This document shows positions 38,120 through 47,658 of a DNA stretch of 64,000 nucleotides, piece after piece (positions within the stretch are counted from its first letter, which is position 1; the number at the start of each line of letters is the position of its first letter). This DNA comes from a virus. The stretch is taken from positions 72,788 to 136,787 of the IMG/VR virus record IMGVR_UViG_3300047489_000453, one strand, 5' to 3'. The notes under the pieces were generated by a model. That model did not search any database. It had not been told where the DNA came from and saw only the letters and a program-made list of their open reading frames with translations. The position numbers were made by a program, and so were the translations under genes.

Positions 38120-38617
38120 CTAGAACCAGGAACTTATCTTTCTAAGAATCCGTCCCAAGAAAGATTTATTCCCTAAACATAAATTATTGGCTGCCTTGAC
38201 GGCCTGCTCCTCAAATCTCTTGTCATTGAGCGGAGACGGCTCATCTTCAACAAGTACGTCTCTTATGCCAAGATAAAAGGCAGCCAGCATAGTTTCTCCC
38301 ATGGCAGCGTAAGCCAGTGTCCTTGCGTCAGGGCTGCAATCAAATAAGCCACTGGCCTGGGCCGCTTCCTTGGGATTATTTGGGCATTCTTCAGGCTTAT
38401 TGCACATGGCCATAAAAGTGGCCAAGGCCTTAGCCGTTTTAAGAAGTTCTTCGTCGCTTATCTTGTTCTTGTCTATAAAAGACAGCGCCCAGGCCTCGCC
38501 TGTTCCGCTAGCTATTCTGTCCATGGCTGCTCGCATTATCCAGGGCCAGCAGTACGCTATATCCCTGCTGGGGTTGTACCTTCTCTTGTCTACGTGCCCT
38601 AGGATATTGGTGGCCAT
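38120..38617 (-). CDS. Hypothetical protein
   Basis: 165-aa ORF. Confidence 0.65.
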   Translation of the reverse strand: MATNILGHVDKRRYNPSRDIAYCWPWIMRAAMDRIASGTGEAWALSFIDKNKISDEELLKTAKALATFMAMCNKPEECPNNPKEAAQASGLFDCSPDARTLAYAAMGETMLAAFYLGIRDVLVEDEPSPLNDKRFEEQAVKAANNLCLGNKSFLGRILRKISSWF

Positions 38618-38622
38618 AGTAT

Positions 38623-39300
38623 TTAGTCCTCGCTATTCCAATGTTTAAAACTATCAGGAAACGCTCTTTCAGCTATACTGGACATGCATTCGGCGTATTT
38701 TCTTATCTCGTATTGGGCAGCCGTACTATTTCTAAGTGATAAGAAATGCATCAAAGACCTAAGATTACACGAAGCGAACATAGCGGTATAAGTGCATACC
38801 GGCAGAACTCCTCTGGCAATCTCTCTGGCTACTCCCGCCTCTATTAGACTGTTGTATGTCTCGGCAGCCTTTTCATTCTGCTCTACATACAATTTGTCTA
38901 AAGCTACGTCTTTAAATTCTCCTTCGGACGCTTGTTTGTTAGTCTTTGACTGGTATCTCCAGTTAACGGGCTTATAGAACTCCAAGGGCACTGTCTCATT
39001 CATTTTTAAATAGCGCATACTCCATTCGTTGTAACTCCAGCCCGCTCTGTGTCTGTGCCACTCTCTTAGCACAAATATAGGGGCTTTTACAAAAAACTTA
39101 AGGAAAGTATGTTCAAATGGAGAACCGTGATTATTCTTTATAAGGTACTTTATTAATTTGCTGTCCTGCTCTGTTAGTGTTTCTGACTCCTTGGCGTAGC
39201 TGACCCTAGCACAGTTAACTACATCCAAGTCAGAACCAGAATAGGATACTAACTGCAGCTTTGAAATTCCGTCGCCTAAAGGATCCATAACCTCAATCAT
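38623..39300 (-). CDS. thyX: Flavin-dependent thymidylate synthase
   Basis: HGSPFEH, REWHRHR...SYNEWSMRY, AREIARGVLP, NLRSL, AQYEIR. Confidence 0.95.
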   Translation of the reverse strand: MIEVMDPLGDGISKLQLVSYSGSDLDVVNCARVSYAKESETLTEQDSKLIKYLIKNNHGSPFEHTFLKFFVKAPIFVLREWHRHRAGWSYNEWSMRYLKMNETVPLEFYKPVNWRYQSKTNKQASEGEFKDVALDKLYVEQNEKAAETYNSLIEAGVAREIARGVLPVCTYTAMFASCNLRSLMHFLSLRNSTAAQYEIRKYAECMSSIAERAFPDSFKHWNSED

Positions 39301-39311
39301 AATAGCGCTTT

Positions 39312-40268
39312 CTAGTCGTTGTTCGACTTAATAAGGTCTAAGCTTAACGAGGCTGCACAATTTATGCAATAGCCTGATTTATCCGCGTCCATCCATTCAA
39401 GATGATTGCATTTTTTACATTCCCCAGAAATATAAGATTTTCTTTTAACAGCAGCCTCACATTGATCTGCTCCGGCCGGGCACCTGTGGCAGTGCAGGCT
39501 CTTTGGCATACTAAGCGGGCACGTAAAATCGTCACTAGGATGAATGTTTCTAAATCTTTTCTTTAATAAGGATCTATTTTGATTTACCAGATAGTCTGAA
39601 CAAAAGAACTTTGTGTAATCAGGCTTATCGCCTTTTACAGACAAATGGTCAAAGTAGCCAAAAAAGTACAGGCCGAACATATACGATTCATCTAGAAAAG
39701 GATAGCTAGAGACTGCTCTTGATGTAGGAGAAGACACAGGTCTGCTAAAGCCCATTCTGTATCTGGCAAAATTAAACATATCTGTCGACCAGAACTTCTT
39801 TATTCTAATTCCGCTGGCTGGTCCGCTGTGGATGTCTAAGTCAAGCCAAGCACCGCGCTGAGTAGTGCCGTCCTTAAAAGTTCTTATGGCCCTTTCTACA
39901 CCTATTATTTGAATAAGACCCCAGTCAGACCTGGATCTCCAGTCATTGTCGTATATAGGGTTGCCGGACATAACATAATCAAAGTTGCCGGCTATCCTGG
40001 TCGCTATTGTCTTTATGTCTTTAGCTGTAAGAGGCTGTCTTACATATTTGATAAGCAAGTCCTGGGCGCATGTAAGGTTTATACAGGACTTCGGAATACA
40101 AAACGCCAAAGCATTAGTAGCCCTATCAAAATTATTATCGGCAAGGACGTTACCAGAAAAAGGGTTAAGAGAATCAGAAACTCTTTTCCTGACGTCCTGT
40201 ATTTTGAAGATAGAAATCTTAACTTCTTCATGCTTAAAATCCTTTTTTGACATGTGGCCTCCAATCAT
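39312..40268 (-). CDS. Hypothetical protein with C-terminal Cys-rich Zn-binding motifs
   Basis: CP...CHRC...C and CKKC...CINC. Confidence 0.6.
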   Translation of the reverse strand: MIGGHMSKKDFKHEEVKISIFKIQDVRKRVSDSLNPFSGNVLADNNFDRATNALAFCIPKSCINLTCAQDLLIKYVRQPLTAKDIKTIATRIAGNFDYVMSGNPIYDNDWRSRSDWGLIQIIGVERAIRTFKDGTTQRGAWLDLDIHSGPASGIRIKKFWSTDMFNFARYRMGFSRPVSSPTSRAVSSYPFLDESYMFGLYFFGYFDHLSVKGDKPDYTKFFCSDYLVNQNRSLLKKRFRNIHPSDDFTCPLSMPKSLHCHRCPAGADQCEAAVKRKSYISGECKKCNHLEWMDADKSGYCINCAASLSLDLIKSNND

Positions 40269-40987
40269 AGCCCTATGGGCGGCTCATCGTAGCCCCTTCT
40301 CTTTGAGGCTGATTCTTTTCCGTTCTCGTCTGCGTTTATAGCTATACCTTTGTTAAATTTTTTAAGTCTAAGTCCTTCATGCTTTATAAGCTCTCCAAGC
40401 AATACATCACCGCCCCTATGCTTTAGATCTTTATGTGGCCAGTCGTATTTACTTAGTAAGCTTGACTTTATAGACCACCAACCGCCTGTTGCAAAAAGCG
40501 TCCTATTAGACACCATGCTAGGCTTGAACCACGAACAGTGGAGACGTCTCCACTCATTTTGTTTTGGAAAAGATATTACCTGATACAGGGACCCTATCAT
40601 GTCTGCCATTGTCTCTACCATGAAGTTCTCAACTTCTGTGAGCCACTTGACTGGACTAGGATCTTTTATATAGCTATCGTCATCAAACCACATTACATAA
40701 TCTGTAGTTATTGGATCTGTTTTCCAGAGTAGCTCTCTCATCGCTGGATACTTATAGATCTGTGGATTATTTTCTAAGGTTATAAGTCTTTCGGGCTTTT
40801 CAAATAATTTTTTTATTACGCTTCTAGTCCTGTCGGATATCTCGTTACAGGATATTCTCACAGGCGTGCCATTATTATAAAGCTCGCTTATAGGCTTTAA
40901 GCACCTATAAGCGAGCTCAGGATAGTCTCCGTATAGAAGACAGCATACAGTGGTAGACCATCTAGATGGTCGTAATTCACTAGTCAT
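40265..40987 (-). CDS. GT2-like glycosyltransferase within the DNA metabolism block
   Basis: YVMWFDDDSY, FATGGWW, GGDVLLG. Confidence 0.7.
   Translation of the reverse strand: MTSELRPSRWSTTVCCLLYGDYPELAYRCLKPISELYNNGTPVRISCNEISDRTRSVIKKLFEKPERLITLENNPQIYKYPAMRELLWKTDPITTDYVMWFDDDSYIKDPSPVKWLTEVENFMVETMADMIGSLYQVISFPKQNEWRRLHCSWFKPSMVSNRTLFATGGWWSIKSSLLSKYDWPHKDLKHRGGDVLLGELIKHEGLRLKKFNKGIAINADENGKESASKRRGYDEPPIGL
40538..40553. repeat. Dispersed 16-bp palindrome copy (16/16)
   Basis: GTGGAGACGTCTCCAC inside the GT gene. Confidence 0.9.
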
Positions 40988-40988
40988 G

Positions 40989-41921
40989 TTAACGGGCTAT
41001 TTTGCTCTTTCCAGACCTTGATGAAGAATCGTCTCTCTTCTCCGAGGTCTTCTTTCTTTCAGAGCTGTTCTTGATGATGGTGCCAGGAATTTTTCCTGTA
41101 TACTCCGTAACTCTATCAATAAGCTCCGCAAGATTCTCAAGGCCCTCATTTACAGAGGCGGCCTGTTGAGCAAAAAGCTTTAAGTCCTCATCAGAGCCTG
41201 TTTCAATAGCCTCATTTACGTCAGATAGAAGCTCATCGACTTTTGTCTTAAGCTTAAGGCCGTACCTACAGCTGCCGGTTATTATCTGTTTAAATAGAGA
41301 CTTAACATTAGCCCTAACGTTATTTACCTTCTTTGCCTTCTTATTACCATATACGAGCTTAACTTCTGCAGCCAAAGCCCTTACTGATAACTTGTTCTCT
41401 ACGGCAAGATTGATCATCTTTCGCCTATCCTCGTGAGGATCGGTAGAGGACGAAGACTCTGGAATGTGAAGAACATTTACAAAGTGCGACCAAGTCAGGG
41501 TCATGCCTTTGTTTTCTGCTCCGTCAAGAACGGTCTCAAGCTCTTTCTTATTAACGTACATATTGCTGAATTTGATGGTCTTATACATGGTTGACCTATC
41601 AACTCCAAGCGCTGTCGCCATTAGATTAACGGCAGCCTCACCGTATTTTGGATTTCTATTAATCTCAGCTGCTACTGAGCCCCTGTCGTAGTTGAAAGTC
41701 ACGATATCGCCCCTATGGTCTTTATAGGCTTCCTTTTCTTTTTCATAGATTTGACGAAGACCTTCGTCCATTCCTTCTATTGCTTTCTTTCTAAGCTCAA
41801 TTTCCGCAGTAGACAGCTTGGAGACATCATCGCTAATGGCTTCGTCTGCGTCCACATTATGCTCATTTACAGCGGCTTTGGTTGTTTTCTCAAGTTGTTC
41901 AAATTTTTCACTCATGCTCAT
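40989..41921 (-). CDS. HTH DNA-binding protein, DUF1016-N/ParB-KorB HTH-like, with coiled-coil tail
   Basis: KYG...LMATALGVDRSTMYK HTH; LTWSHF..L; AVENKLSVRAL. Confidence 0.55.
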   Translation of the reverse strand: MSMSEKFEQLEKTTKAAVNEHNVDADEAISDDVSKLSTAEIELRKKAIEGMDEGLRQIYEKEKEAYKDHRGDIVTFNYDRGSVAAEINRNPKYGEAAVNLMATALGVDRSTMYKTIKFSNMYVNKKELETVLDGAENKGMTLTWSHFVNVLHIPESSSSTDPHEDRRKMINLAVENKLSVRALAAEVKLVYGNKKAKKVNNVRANVKSLFKQIITGSCRYGLKLKTKVDELLSDVNEAIETGSDEDLKLFAQQAASVNEGLENLAELIDRVTEYTGKIPGTIIKNSSERKKTSEKRDDSSSRSGKSKIAR

Positions 41922-41944
41922 ATGGCACCTCAGGTTTAAAAAAA

Positions 41945-43177
41945 TTACTCTCCGGCAACGTCCGGTAACGATAATTTATTAAAGAAAAGAGCCCAGGCAA
42001 TCCTTTCTAGCCTGTCTTTTGAAAAGTAGTTCAAAAGGAGCTGTTCCCTGCATTCCTTAATAATCACATCAATCAAACACATGACCGACTTAGTCGGCCA
42101 TGTCTTTGATCTTTCAAATATGGAGAAAGATCCTCCATCAGCGTCTGAGCCAGCAAGCGTCTTTGAAAGACACTTCTTGGCCATCAAGTAAGTCATACCA
42201 GCCCTATCGGTAAGAAACTCTATAAGCTGCTTAAATCTTTCGTCATCTTCTCCGTCGCCTGTAAATCCAAGCGATAGGGCTCTATTGGCTTCTATTCTTT
42301 TTTGTAGGCTAGCCTGCGTGAAGGTAGCGTTACTAAGTCTAGAAGATACCCCGGTTATAAGATTAGAAAGTTTACCTATTAAATCTCGACCTGAATGGGC
42401 CACTCGACCAAGTTTACCATAGGGTGCCGACATCATGGAATCTGTACTATCGATCAGTACTATTGTTGCCTTGATTGCGGCGTCTCCTATTTCGCTATTA
42501 CTTACTAACAGGCCTGGAGTTAGGTCACAGTCGTCGTATCCATCGACAGAATATACGATTGATATTTTTCTATCGTATATGAGTGCGGACCTAAAACTGA
42601 ACTTAATACCAGTAGCTTCTACTATCGACGATACCGCCGTAAGGAAGTCGTTATTTGAAATCCTTCTATACTTTGCACCTACTACAGCCTCAATAACGCT
42701 TGATTGCGTATTAATGACAGCTTGGAAGCCAAATAGTCTGCCAAATCTTTTCTTGAGCGCGAGGTTGTATAGAGCGGCCGCTTCGCCTACCGTAAAATCT
42801 TCGTCAGGGTCAGCTTTCATTCTAGACATCTTGTCTGGGTCGTCTGGAAGTCTTCTAAGACCTACAAGATCAGATAAAGAAGAAGCCAAGCCTGAAGACA
42901 GAGCCTTGCAGACCTGGCGTAAAGCTAACCACGACATCTTTTCACCCGAAATGGTTTTAGCCTTTCGGCTTAAAGCCAGCTGGGTTTCGTCATCTATCAT
43001 TACAATCTCAGTAATCCTCTCCTGGTCAGACAAGTAGTCAACAAGCTTGTTGTACTGGCTGGCAGTGAACATCATGCCGTCAACGTGTACGGCCAGTGAC
43101 TCAGGATTACTGGAGTTGTAATTAGCCATTTTCTTTTTCGTCCCAATAATACTCAACGGTCTTTTCACAGAATCCAT
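41945..43177 (-). CDS. DUF932-like protein
   Basis: AVVGAKYRRISN.DF; GLLVSNSEIG. Confidence 0.6.
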   Translation of the reverse strand: MDSVKRPLSIIGTKKKMANYNSSNPESLAVHVDGMMFTASQYNKLVDYLSDQERITEIVMIDDETQLALSRKAKTISGEKMSWLALRQVCKALSSGLASSLSDLVGLRRLPDDPDKMSRMKADPDEDFTVGEAAALYNLALKKRFGRLFGFQAVINTQSSVIEAVVGAKYRRISNNDFLTAVSSIVEATGIKFSFRSALIYDRKISIVYSVDGYDDCDLTPGLLVSNSEIGDAAIKATIVLIDSTDSMMSAPYGKLGRVAHSGRDLIGKLSNLITGVSSRLSNATFTQASLQKRIEANRALSLGFTGDGEDDERFKQLIEFLTDRAGMTYLMAKKCLSKTLAGSDADGGSFSIFERSKTWPTKSVMCLIDVIIKECREQLLLNYFSKDRLERIAWALFFNKLSLPDVAGE

Positions 43178-43508
43178 TCTTATCTGAGCTACCAGAAATG
43201 GTTACTGACATAGAAACGTTGGCTGGCTTGACCATATCAATAAGGGACTTGGCTGCAGAGCTAACAGCTGCACCGAGGTTGTCAATTGTGGGATTTGATC
43301 CGATAAGGACGCTCATCCAGTCCCTATCAAAGTTTTCCCTGTTCTGCTTATCTTCCTCGGTCATATGCTTAGGGCTGGGAGAATATGCCACTTCGACATT
43401 GATAAATCTGTCTCCGTTTCCAGGAGTAGGTTCGCCAGTTGTCTGGCAAGTTCCTGGAATGTTCATAGATTTCCAAAGCCTTACATACAAATTACTTTTA
43501 TTGCTCAT
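43122..43508 (-). CDS. Hypothetical protein, weak QueF/T-fold resemblance
   Basis: CQTTGEP...VEVAYSP...KPANVSM. Confidence 0.4.
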   Translation of the reverse strand: MSNKSNLYVRLWKSMNIPGTCQTTGEPTPGNGDRFINVEVAYSPSPKHMTEEDKQNRENFDRDWMSVLIGSNPTIDNLGAAVSSAAKSLIDMVKPANVSMSVTISGSSDKNGFCEKTVEYYWDEKENG

Positions 43509-43520
43509 TGATTACTCCAA

Positions 43521-44063
43521 TCATCTAGACCAACTAACTGATTCAAGGAACTGATCGAACGGCTCGATCACAAAAGATTCCTCTTTGCTCAGTGTCCTTA
43601 CAATCTTCATAGAATCACTAACAGAGCTGCCAAGCTTTCCTCCAAACCTGCTAGATTCACAGTTATGCAGGCAGCATAGCTTCCATTTTGGCCAGTTAAA
43701 AACAACTACCAAAGGCTTAGTCATAAAGTCAGGTGCCGACTTCCAGTTGGCTTCTTCCTCCTTCCATGATAAATATAGGTCTGTCTTTTTAAACTTTTTG
43801 TACAGGCCGTCCCACATGTCTCTGACCCATGGGACTTTCTTATAAACAAGCCTGACAGGAAATCCTGAGAACTCCTCAGAAAACCAGGCCAGCGTCACTC
43901 TGGCTGAAGAAGTCTGCGCTTTACACGCAGACTTCAATTCGGACATTGTTCCTACAGACGGAAACCTGTTAACAAGGACTTTTACTGCTGCCTCGGCTGA
44001 AGAGGATTCAGAGTCTATACCAACAGGCCTGTCTTTAAAAAAGCTGTCTCTGTCGTCAAACAT
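43521..44063 (-). CDS. Hypothetical protein
   Basis: AAGGAG RBS. Confidence 0.65.
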   Translation of the reverse strand: MFDDRDSFFKDRPVGIDSESSSAEAAVKVLVNRFPSVGTMSELKSACKAQTSSARVTLAWFSEEFSGFPVRLVYKKVPWVRDMWDGLYKKFKKTDLYLSWKEEEANWKSAPDFMTKPLVVVFNWPKWKLCCLHNCESSRFGGKLGSSVSDSMKIVRTLSKEESFVIEPFDQFLESVSWSR

Positions 44064-44072
44064 TGGAACTCC

Positions 44073-45254
44073 TTAGCTGCACTCGCCAGACATCTGGTCA
44101 CAGTACGGGACATTGATCTTAAATGGAGTCCTTTTTCTTATACCATGCATCTTGTCCAGGCTAAGCCTTACTTCTTCGTTGTCCTCTATAGCTTGCCCGA
44201 TTTCAGTCCAGCTGGTCTTGTTAAGCCCTAAGAGAGAACAATCTGCTGTCTTTCTGGCCTTGTCTATGTTTTCAAGGCCTAAGAACGAACACACTCTACC
44301 TTTTCTTGTAGGGGACATGGCGTTGATGACCGCTATAGAGGCTTCATGCCAATCCCATACTGTATGCTGTAGCCCATTCTCATCATGGGTCCACTTCATA
44401 GACACAGTTATCTCTCTGTTCTCACCAGCGTTACTTAGTGAGTTCTTCTCCATGACAAGCTCGACGATCCTTATGGATTCATTAAGCTTTTCAATCTTTT
44501 CTTTCAAAGACGTGTATATCTTCATGGTGGCGTGATAGGTTAGGGCCTCTCCGCCGGGAATTCTCTTTATGTTGAACCCCCTGGTATCCTTAGATATCTT
44601 TACGTGATTTACGCCTATGAAGCTAAATGGCCATATTCTCAGCTCATTGAACATAAACTTACAGTAGGTATTTATAAGATTGGCACCTTTGGCAAATCCT
44701 ATGGAGGCGTGACCTTGCTCCCATATGTCGCTGATATCAGAGTCGGTTGTAACGCCTGTAAGCGAATCAACTCCAATAGCTACGGGGAACGGGCACCCGC
44801 CTAGTACAGGATACATGTCCCTTCCTTTTTTCATCCAAGAGGTAATGCTCTTCTGCCATTCCTCTATAGACCCGCATAAGTTGGTAGGAAAGTTTTTATC
44901 TCTACTATGGCCAATTATGCTAGCCCTAAGGTCAGGGGTATCTCTTGCTTCAGTAAGGTTGTAGACATAACCACCGCTGTTATCTACGTGCCATTTAAAC
45001 ATTTCAAACAAGAAAGCCGTTTTGCACGAACCACTAGGGCCGTACAGCTCTGTCATTCTTGATAAAGGGAAACAGTCATTTTGAAAAAAGTACCTTAGAC
45101 TAAAGGCTTTTAATGGAAGACCTATAACGACTTCCTGTGACTCGTCCCCTATGTACACATCATTTCTACCCAGGCTGTTCTGTGATGAGCTCATCTGTGA
45201 AGAGAAGAAGTCAGTTAAAGTACCTTGTGCAATTTCAGCTTTCTTTTTAGCCAT
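44073..45254 (-). CDS. recA: RecA/UvsX-like recombinase
   Basis: TELYGPSGSCKT, GVDSL, VNH, PGGEALTYHA. Confidence 0.85.
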   Translation of the reverse strand: MAKKKAEIAQGTLTDFFSSQMSSSQNSLGRNDVYIGDESQEVVIGLPLKAFSLRYFFQNDCFPLSRMTELYGPSGSCKTAFLFEMFKWHVDNSGGYVYNLTEARDTPDLRASIIGHSRDKNFPTNLCGSIEEWQKSITSWMKKGRDMYPVLGGCPFPVAIGVDSLTGVTTDSDISDIWEQGHASIGFAKGANLINTYCKFMFNELRIWPFSFIGVNHVKISKDTRGFNIKRIPGGEALTYHATMKIYTSLKEKIEKLNESIRIVELVMEKNSLSNAGENREITVSMKWTHDENGLQHTVWDWHEASIAVINAMSPTRKGRVCSFLGLENIDKARKTADCSLLGLNKTSWTEIGQAIEDNEEVRLSLDKMHGIRKRTPFKINVPYCDQMSGECS

Positions 45255-45295
45255 GATTACCTCTATGAAAAATTATGAATAGTTATGAGATTAGG

Positions 45296-45329
45296 TAAAA
45301 CTCCCCGGCTTAAAACCGGGGAGTTTTAA
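45296..45329. terminator. Bidirectional hairpin terminator
   Basis: TAAAACTCCCCGG-loop-CCGGGGAGTTTTA. Confidence 0.75.
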
Positions 45330-45336
45330 ATAGTTA

Positions 45337-46749
45337 TTACTGACCAGATACGTTGTTGTTCTGTCTAGCTCGCCTTAGTTTTTCTTTGATGTCATCTCGG
45401 ATCTTTTCAGCTCCTTCAGACGACTCAGAGATACTATGGCTGATAATGCTGGACAAATCAGACATGTTATTTATAAGTGGAGCCACCTGCTCTTGAAGAG
45501 GAGTAGGGGCCACTGGGAAAGGAGGACGTCCTTGAACAGCAGGCGATGCTGGGAAAGGATAAGTAGGAAGCTCTGGAACCTGTGGAACCTGTTGAACAGG
45601 TGCAGGTACCGCAGGAACTTGATACGGGACAGCAGGTTGCTGATAGGCATAAGGCTGAGCCATAGGCTGAGGAACAGGCTGCTGAGCCGGTTGCCACTGC
45701 AATCCTGGATTGGCTACTGTAGTTGCCATAAGCCCTACCTGCCTTAAGAACTCGCTTCCAAAGGAAACAAAATCTGCGGGCAGCAGTCTTTCGTATCTAT
45801 CCCTGAGTGCATGAACAACTAATCCAGCACTTGCTGGGTTATCGCGCATGCTGTCTATAATAAACCTTACCTGCTCTTCATCTGAAGGGAAGGACAGTGA
45901 GTCCCTGATTGGAGTTGCCACTCTCTTGGCGATCATGGCAATTTCTTCATTGTTGAAAGTAGCAGGAACTCCCCTGTGGGATTTGGTAAGAATGCAGTCA
46001 TAACCAATAGGCTTCATCTTTGAGTTGTATGAAGACATAGGCTGCTGAGGCTTCATGGCCTCGTAGCCTCTAGGCACGAATCCCATTTCAAAGAACATCA
46101 TGAACGAGCCTTCGGTAAGGCTCACAAAGTCACCATGTTTGAATCTGAGATTTGGATCTTCAGACGTTACTCCGCTAGGGCTGTTGATTTCCCTATTCAT
46201 AGCAGTCCATGCTGATTTTTTAAGAAGCATGAATACTGTTTGGTGAGTAGGAGCCAAGCCGTCTGGAGGAGTATTAGGTTGGCCTTTATATTCATAAATG
46301 GCGCACCTTACAAGAAGAGCTGTATCCGGCCTTGAGATAAGAGCCGACCTTCCCTGGCCGCCTTTAAGCATAAGCGCCCATTCCTGAGGGCCTCTCATCT
46401 TGCCGTTCTCTACCTGCTTTACCAGATCATAAATAATAACCGCAGGGTTATTGCGGGTATCATAATGTCTGTCTTCGGGGTCGTAAGCTATCCATGACTT
46501 CTGTGGGTTACCAAATCCAAGTACCATAGAAGCAGCGTAGAACCAACCCGAGAAGTCGTTCTCCGTGTATCTTGATGGTTGGAAATTATTACCCTGGATA
46601 CAGGGAAAAACTCTGATGACAGTAGGGTCCGATTTTGACCATGAAGGCCGCTTAATCATGCCAGAGCCTGGCTTAAGAATATGATCCCCTCTGTTAGACT
46701 CCCTAGCAGCATTTTCGCTAGGCATTTTAAAACCTTGAAAACCAGTCAT
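45337..46749 (-). CDS. Hypothetical protein with P/Q-rich tail (possible ssDNA-binding or annealing protein)
   Basis: GGAGG before MTGFQ; PTVIRVFP N-terminal motif; next to recA. Confidence 0.5.
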   Translation of the reverse strand: MTGFQGFKMPSENAARESNRGDHILKPGSGMIKRPSWSKSDPTVIRVFPCIQGNNFQPSRYTENDFSGWFYAASMVLGFGNPQKSWIAYDPEDRHYDTRNNPAVIIYDLVKQVENGKMRGPQEWALMLKGGQGRSALISRPDTALLVRCAIYEYKGQPNTPPDGLAPTHQTVFMLLKKSAWTAMNREINSPSGVTSEDPNLRFKHGDFVSLTEGSFMMFFEMGFVPRGYEAMKPQQPMSSYNSKMKPIGYDCILTKSHRGVPATFNNEEIAMIAKRVATPIRDSLSFPSDEEQVRFIIDSMRDNPASAGLVVHALRDRYERLLPADFVSFGSEFLRQVGLMATTVANPGLQWQPAQQPVPQPMAQPYAYQQPAVPYQVPAVPAPVQQVPQVPELPTYPFPASPAVQGRPPFPVAPTPLQEQVAPLINNMSDLSSIISHSISESSEGAEKIRDDIKEKLRRARQNNNVSGQ

Positions 46750-46808
46750 TGAAACCTCCGAAAAATTTCGACCGTAAAAACGGTCTGGCCACAAAAAAAT
46801 AAGTAACA

Positions 46809-47288
46809 CTAAGACTTTTTTATTAGCTGGAGTTTTTCCGCCAATAGGGAAACTTGAAGATTTAATAAATTTAAATCACCAGAATTTTCTAAGATATGAG
46901 TACAGTCTTCTGCCTTGTAAGTCAACGTTGGATCTGCACTAATTCCAGGTCTTTCAACCCATACCGCGTAACTAATATAACCCCTTTCTATACAAGACTT
47001 TAATTCTATTTTATCCCTTATACCTGTAATAACTTTAGCTTTTTCAAGACACATCCTTACTAATTTAGTGGGGTCGTCTTTTCTAAAATCATTAAGTATA
47101 TTATACCACTCCATTCGCCTTTTATGACGAGTTTCCCAGGCAGTTTGCTCAGGTATTTCAAGGGCATCCGCAACTATGCCTTTGCATACCCATGAAGCAC
47201 TTCCTGCATATTTAAGGCCTGTTAATTTGGAAAACATAAACGCTGCGGTATCTTTTCCAGATCTTCCATGGCCGCAAAAAGCTATCAT
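46809..47288 (-). CDS. Deoxynucleoside monophosphate kinase-like P-loop protein
   Basis: IAFCGHGRSGKDT, ITGIR..E, VWVERPG, ENSG. Confidence 0.75.
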   Translation of the reverse strand: MIAFCGHGRSGKDTAAFMFSKLTGLKYAGSASWVCKGIVADALEIPEQTAWETRHKRRMEWYNILNDFRKDDPTKLVRMCLEKAKVITGIRDKIELKSCIERGYISYAVWVERPGISADPTLTYKAEDCTHILENSGDLNLLNLQVSLLAEKLQLIKKS

Positions 47289-47317
47289 ATTTGACCTTTC
47301 AGCTAGCAGGTCACCCT

Positions 47318-47344
47318 ATTCTATTCATTTTTTAAATTTGTCAA
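47318..47344 (-). promoter_or_regulatory. Sigma70-like promoter TTGACA-N15-TAGAAT
   Basis: Near-consensus hexamers but a short spacer; palindrome copy 20 bp upstream. Confidence 0.45.
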
Positions 47345-47364
47345 GCCTAACAGCAAATTAATTA

Positions 47365-47380
47365 GTGGAAACGTCTCCAC
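47365..47380. repeat. Dispersed 16-bp palindrome copy (15/16)
   Basis: GTGGAAACGTCTCCAC, intergenic. Confidence 0.85.
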
Positions 47381-47384
47381 ATTA

Positions 47385-47639
47385 TTACTTCTTAGAATCC
47401 TTAATTGGTTTCATAGCCTTAATATCTCTAAGCATTCTTCTTAATAACCTGGCCACTTCTTCTGGGCTTTCAGCCCCTAAGGTTGCCTCCGTGTGCCCTA
47501 TAACTTTGTTATCTTTATGTGTTATCTCTCTGAGAGCATACCAAGGGTCTTTCTTTGTACCCATATTTACTAGGCCGTAGCACCATGCGAAAGAATAGGT
47601 TGGTTCGCTTATTTCTTCTTTAACTTTAGTCTTTTTCAT
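47385..47639 (-). CDS. Small phage protein, paralogue of 49287..49535
   Basis: W.Y...DPWY...E..HK...LG.ES.E.....L.RM. Confidence 0.65.
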   Translation of the reverse strand: MKKTKVKEEISEPTYSFAWCYGLVNMGTKKDPWYALREITHKDNKVIGHTEATLGAESPEEVARLLRRMLRDIKAMKPIKDSKK

Positions 47640-47658
47640 AAATCCTCCGTTGTTTAAG

